Below are positions 62,011-64,000 of a DNA stretch of 64,000 nucleotides, one piece after another (the stretch's first letter is position 1; every line of letters begins with the position of its first letter). A model generated the notes under the pieces. It was given only the letters and a program-made list of their open reading frames with translations, did no database searches and was not told the DNA's origin. Both the position numbers and the translations under genes were made by a program. The stretch is from Octopus vulgaris. Lineage: Eukaryota. The DNA lies in assembly GCA_951406725.2 (NCBI GenBank), contig OX597838.1, positions 37,510,001-37,574,000 on the forward strand, written 5' to 3'.

Positions 62011-62849
62011 CTAAGTACCTTCTCAAATAACTGGTTCATCCGCTCATGAAATTAACGTGCAACTGGCTGAGCACTGCACAGACACATGTACCTTTATCTT
62101 GGCATAATGACTCTCCGATTACACAATGCACATAAAGAATCTTGGAAACCAGATACAAAAACGAAATTTGTTGTAGAGTTAGAATTGGTAATAGTGTTCA
62201 TAATGGCGATAAACCTTGGTGGTGAAAGTTCTATTGGTAGTGGTTGTGTTAGTGATAGCGTCGGTGGTAGTGTTGATGGTGGTGGCGTTAGATTTATATT
62301 GGTGCGGTTTGGTTTTGTTTGTGTTGGAAGCAGTAGAGCTGTTGATGGTCGGGATGGTGCAGTCATTATTGTTGGAGTTGTTTATTGCATAGGTGGGAGT
62401 AGTGATGGTGGTAACAGTAGAGCTCGTGTTGTGGAAGTAGTCTTGTGTTTTCCTGTATTAATCATAATATTGGCGGCAGCCTTTCTTTTGCCGTTCATAG
62501 TGACACACACACACACACATAATTATCCATACACACATACAAGTAAAGACAGAGATGCAAAACAAGGTGGAAAAAATAGTACTGAAATACCAAAGGTAGA
62601 GTAATGTACTATTGTGTTAAAGCTGAAAAAATCTTCAGCGAAGACTTTTTCATCTTTAATAAAATAGTATATTTATACATATACGCACACACATACATAC
62701 ACACATACACACATACACACGCACACTTGCACACATACACGCATGCATATAGGTATACACACACACACACACATACATATATATATATATGCATAATGTT
62801 CTTTAATTTGTTTTTTAAGCTCTTTTGAAATATTTTTTAGTGCATGAAT

Positions 62850-63490
62850 GCTAACCAACCACGTCACGATCAAGAACTTGTCAACAAACGTTAATAAAAG
62901 AAAATCTAAAATTTCATCTGATGACGAAACTTTTGACTGTGCTGTTATAATTTACACCGAGGCCCTGAAAAGAAGCAGCTTTCGAGATACAATAAAATAC
63001 ATCCATCACCAAAGAATCCTTAATACTAAGAAAAAATATATGGTATAACCCCACTTCCAGTTTAAACGTTAAAACAAATATTGCCAGATACTTTTCAAAC
63101 TGCGTTTTCCTAACGACCGTAAATTTCACAAAATGTTTAATGGATATTACCTCAAAGTTAGTTATAATTACACAGACAACTTCACGTCTTCCCTAGCTAA
63201 AATGAACAGAAAAAAGCTAGACCCCAGTCAACAAATGATAGGTCACCTCAATACAAATGCATCAACAAAAGTACATTCCCGCTAAATAGTGAATGCTTTC
63301 AAAGAAATATCGTTTAGTGTGTCAAAGTCTCAATCAGCTGTAACTGTGACGATACAAAGTGCCACGTAGTCCTTAGTGAGAACTCGTTTAAATCCAGATA
63401 TACTCACACGCATGCACTGTCAGACACAAGAACAAAGAATTTGCAACGATTTATTCGAAATACATTCCGTACTTCAAGAAGTACAAAAGA
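62850..63490 (+). pseudogene. Penelope-like element RT C-terminus / linker / GIY-YIG relic
   Basis: TIKNLSTNVNKR..ISSDDETF...YTEALKRS, WYNPHF, NVKTNIARYF, LKVSY, PLNSECFQRNIV, LSENSFKSRY; many frameshifts. Confidence 0.75.
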
Positions 63491-63626
63491 AGGTTGTATA
63501 TATATATATATAATAGAAAAGAGTGAAAAAACTACAGAAGGCTTGTTTTATGAGGTTAAAGAATATATTTAAGTCGTTATGTTTGAAAAATGTTATAAAA
63601 TTTTGCAAATAGTAACATAGTTTTTG

Positions 63627-63665
63627 GAGAAATTACCGGTTTCGTTTTAACTTTTCAAATTTCTC
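63627..63665 (-). ncRNA. Minimal hammerhead with a U3:A8 core
   Basis: gagaaat TTGAAAA gttaaaac GAAA ccgg TA atttctc; perfect 7-bp stem I, palindromic accggt stem III, GUA triplet. Confidence 0.72.
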
Positions 63666-63722
63666 AAATTTTTTAACTACATCGTGTCATGTCTTCGTTA
63701 TGAAGTGCAAAGAAGAGTTCCA

Positions 63723-63802
<80 letters not shown>

Positions 63803-64000
63803 GGAGTAATATTTACAGGGAAAAATTCAATTTAGTATTAAATCAAATTTCACAATATAGATATATAAAATATAAATTAGAGATAAAACCACTATTATGC
63901 AATTCAAACGATGATAGACATAAACCAAATCATAAATAACAAATAAAGTATATTTTTATAAAACATATAACTAGATCACAAAAAGTATAAGAATGAATAA

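Overview
Very AT-rich eukaryotic non-coding DNA dominated by microsatellites ((TA)n, (TACA)n, (TATC)n, (CA)n, (AAT)n, (ATG)n). The repeat content is most consistent with an octopus (coleoid cephalopod) genome; this is inferred from recalled SINE families and not verified. No host gene is confidently identified, and nearly all ORF-track entries are microsatellite artefacts. Recognisable content: (1) a nearly intact 5'-truncated APE+RT LINE (10515-13600, minus) and two 3' fragments of relatives; (2) three tRNA-derived SINE families in many copies, one sharing its 3' stem-loop tail with the LINE; (3) decayed mariner, Tc1, Helitron, R4/Dong-like and Penelope-like relics. Most notable: (a) two diverged members of an ORF1-only, zinc-knuckle retroelement family stacked in tandem at the same position in a SINE tRNA head (34068-36640), suggesting site-specific targeting of a SINE; (b) a set of minimal hammerhead ribozymes with palindromic stem III beside (TA)n tracts, whose cores show C3:G8, G3:C8 and U3:A8 covariation; (c) a tRNA-headed element carrying a hammerhead tail (43457-44119); (d) a 29-bp minisatellite grown from a SINE A-box. 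Coordinates were counted by eye and may be off by a few bases.
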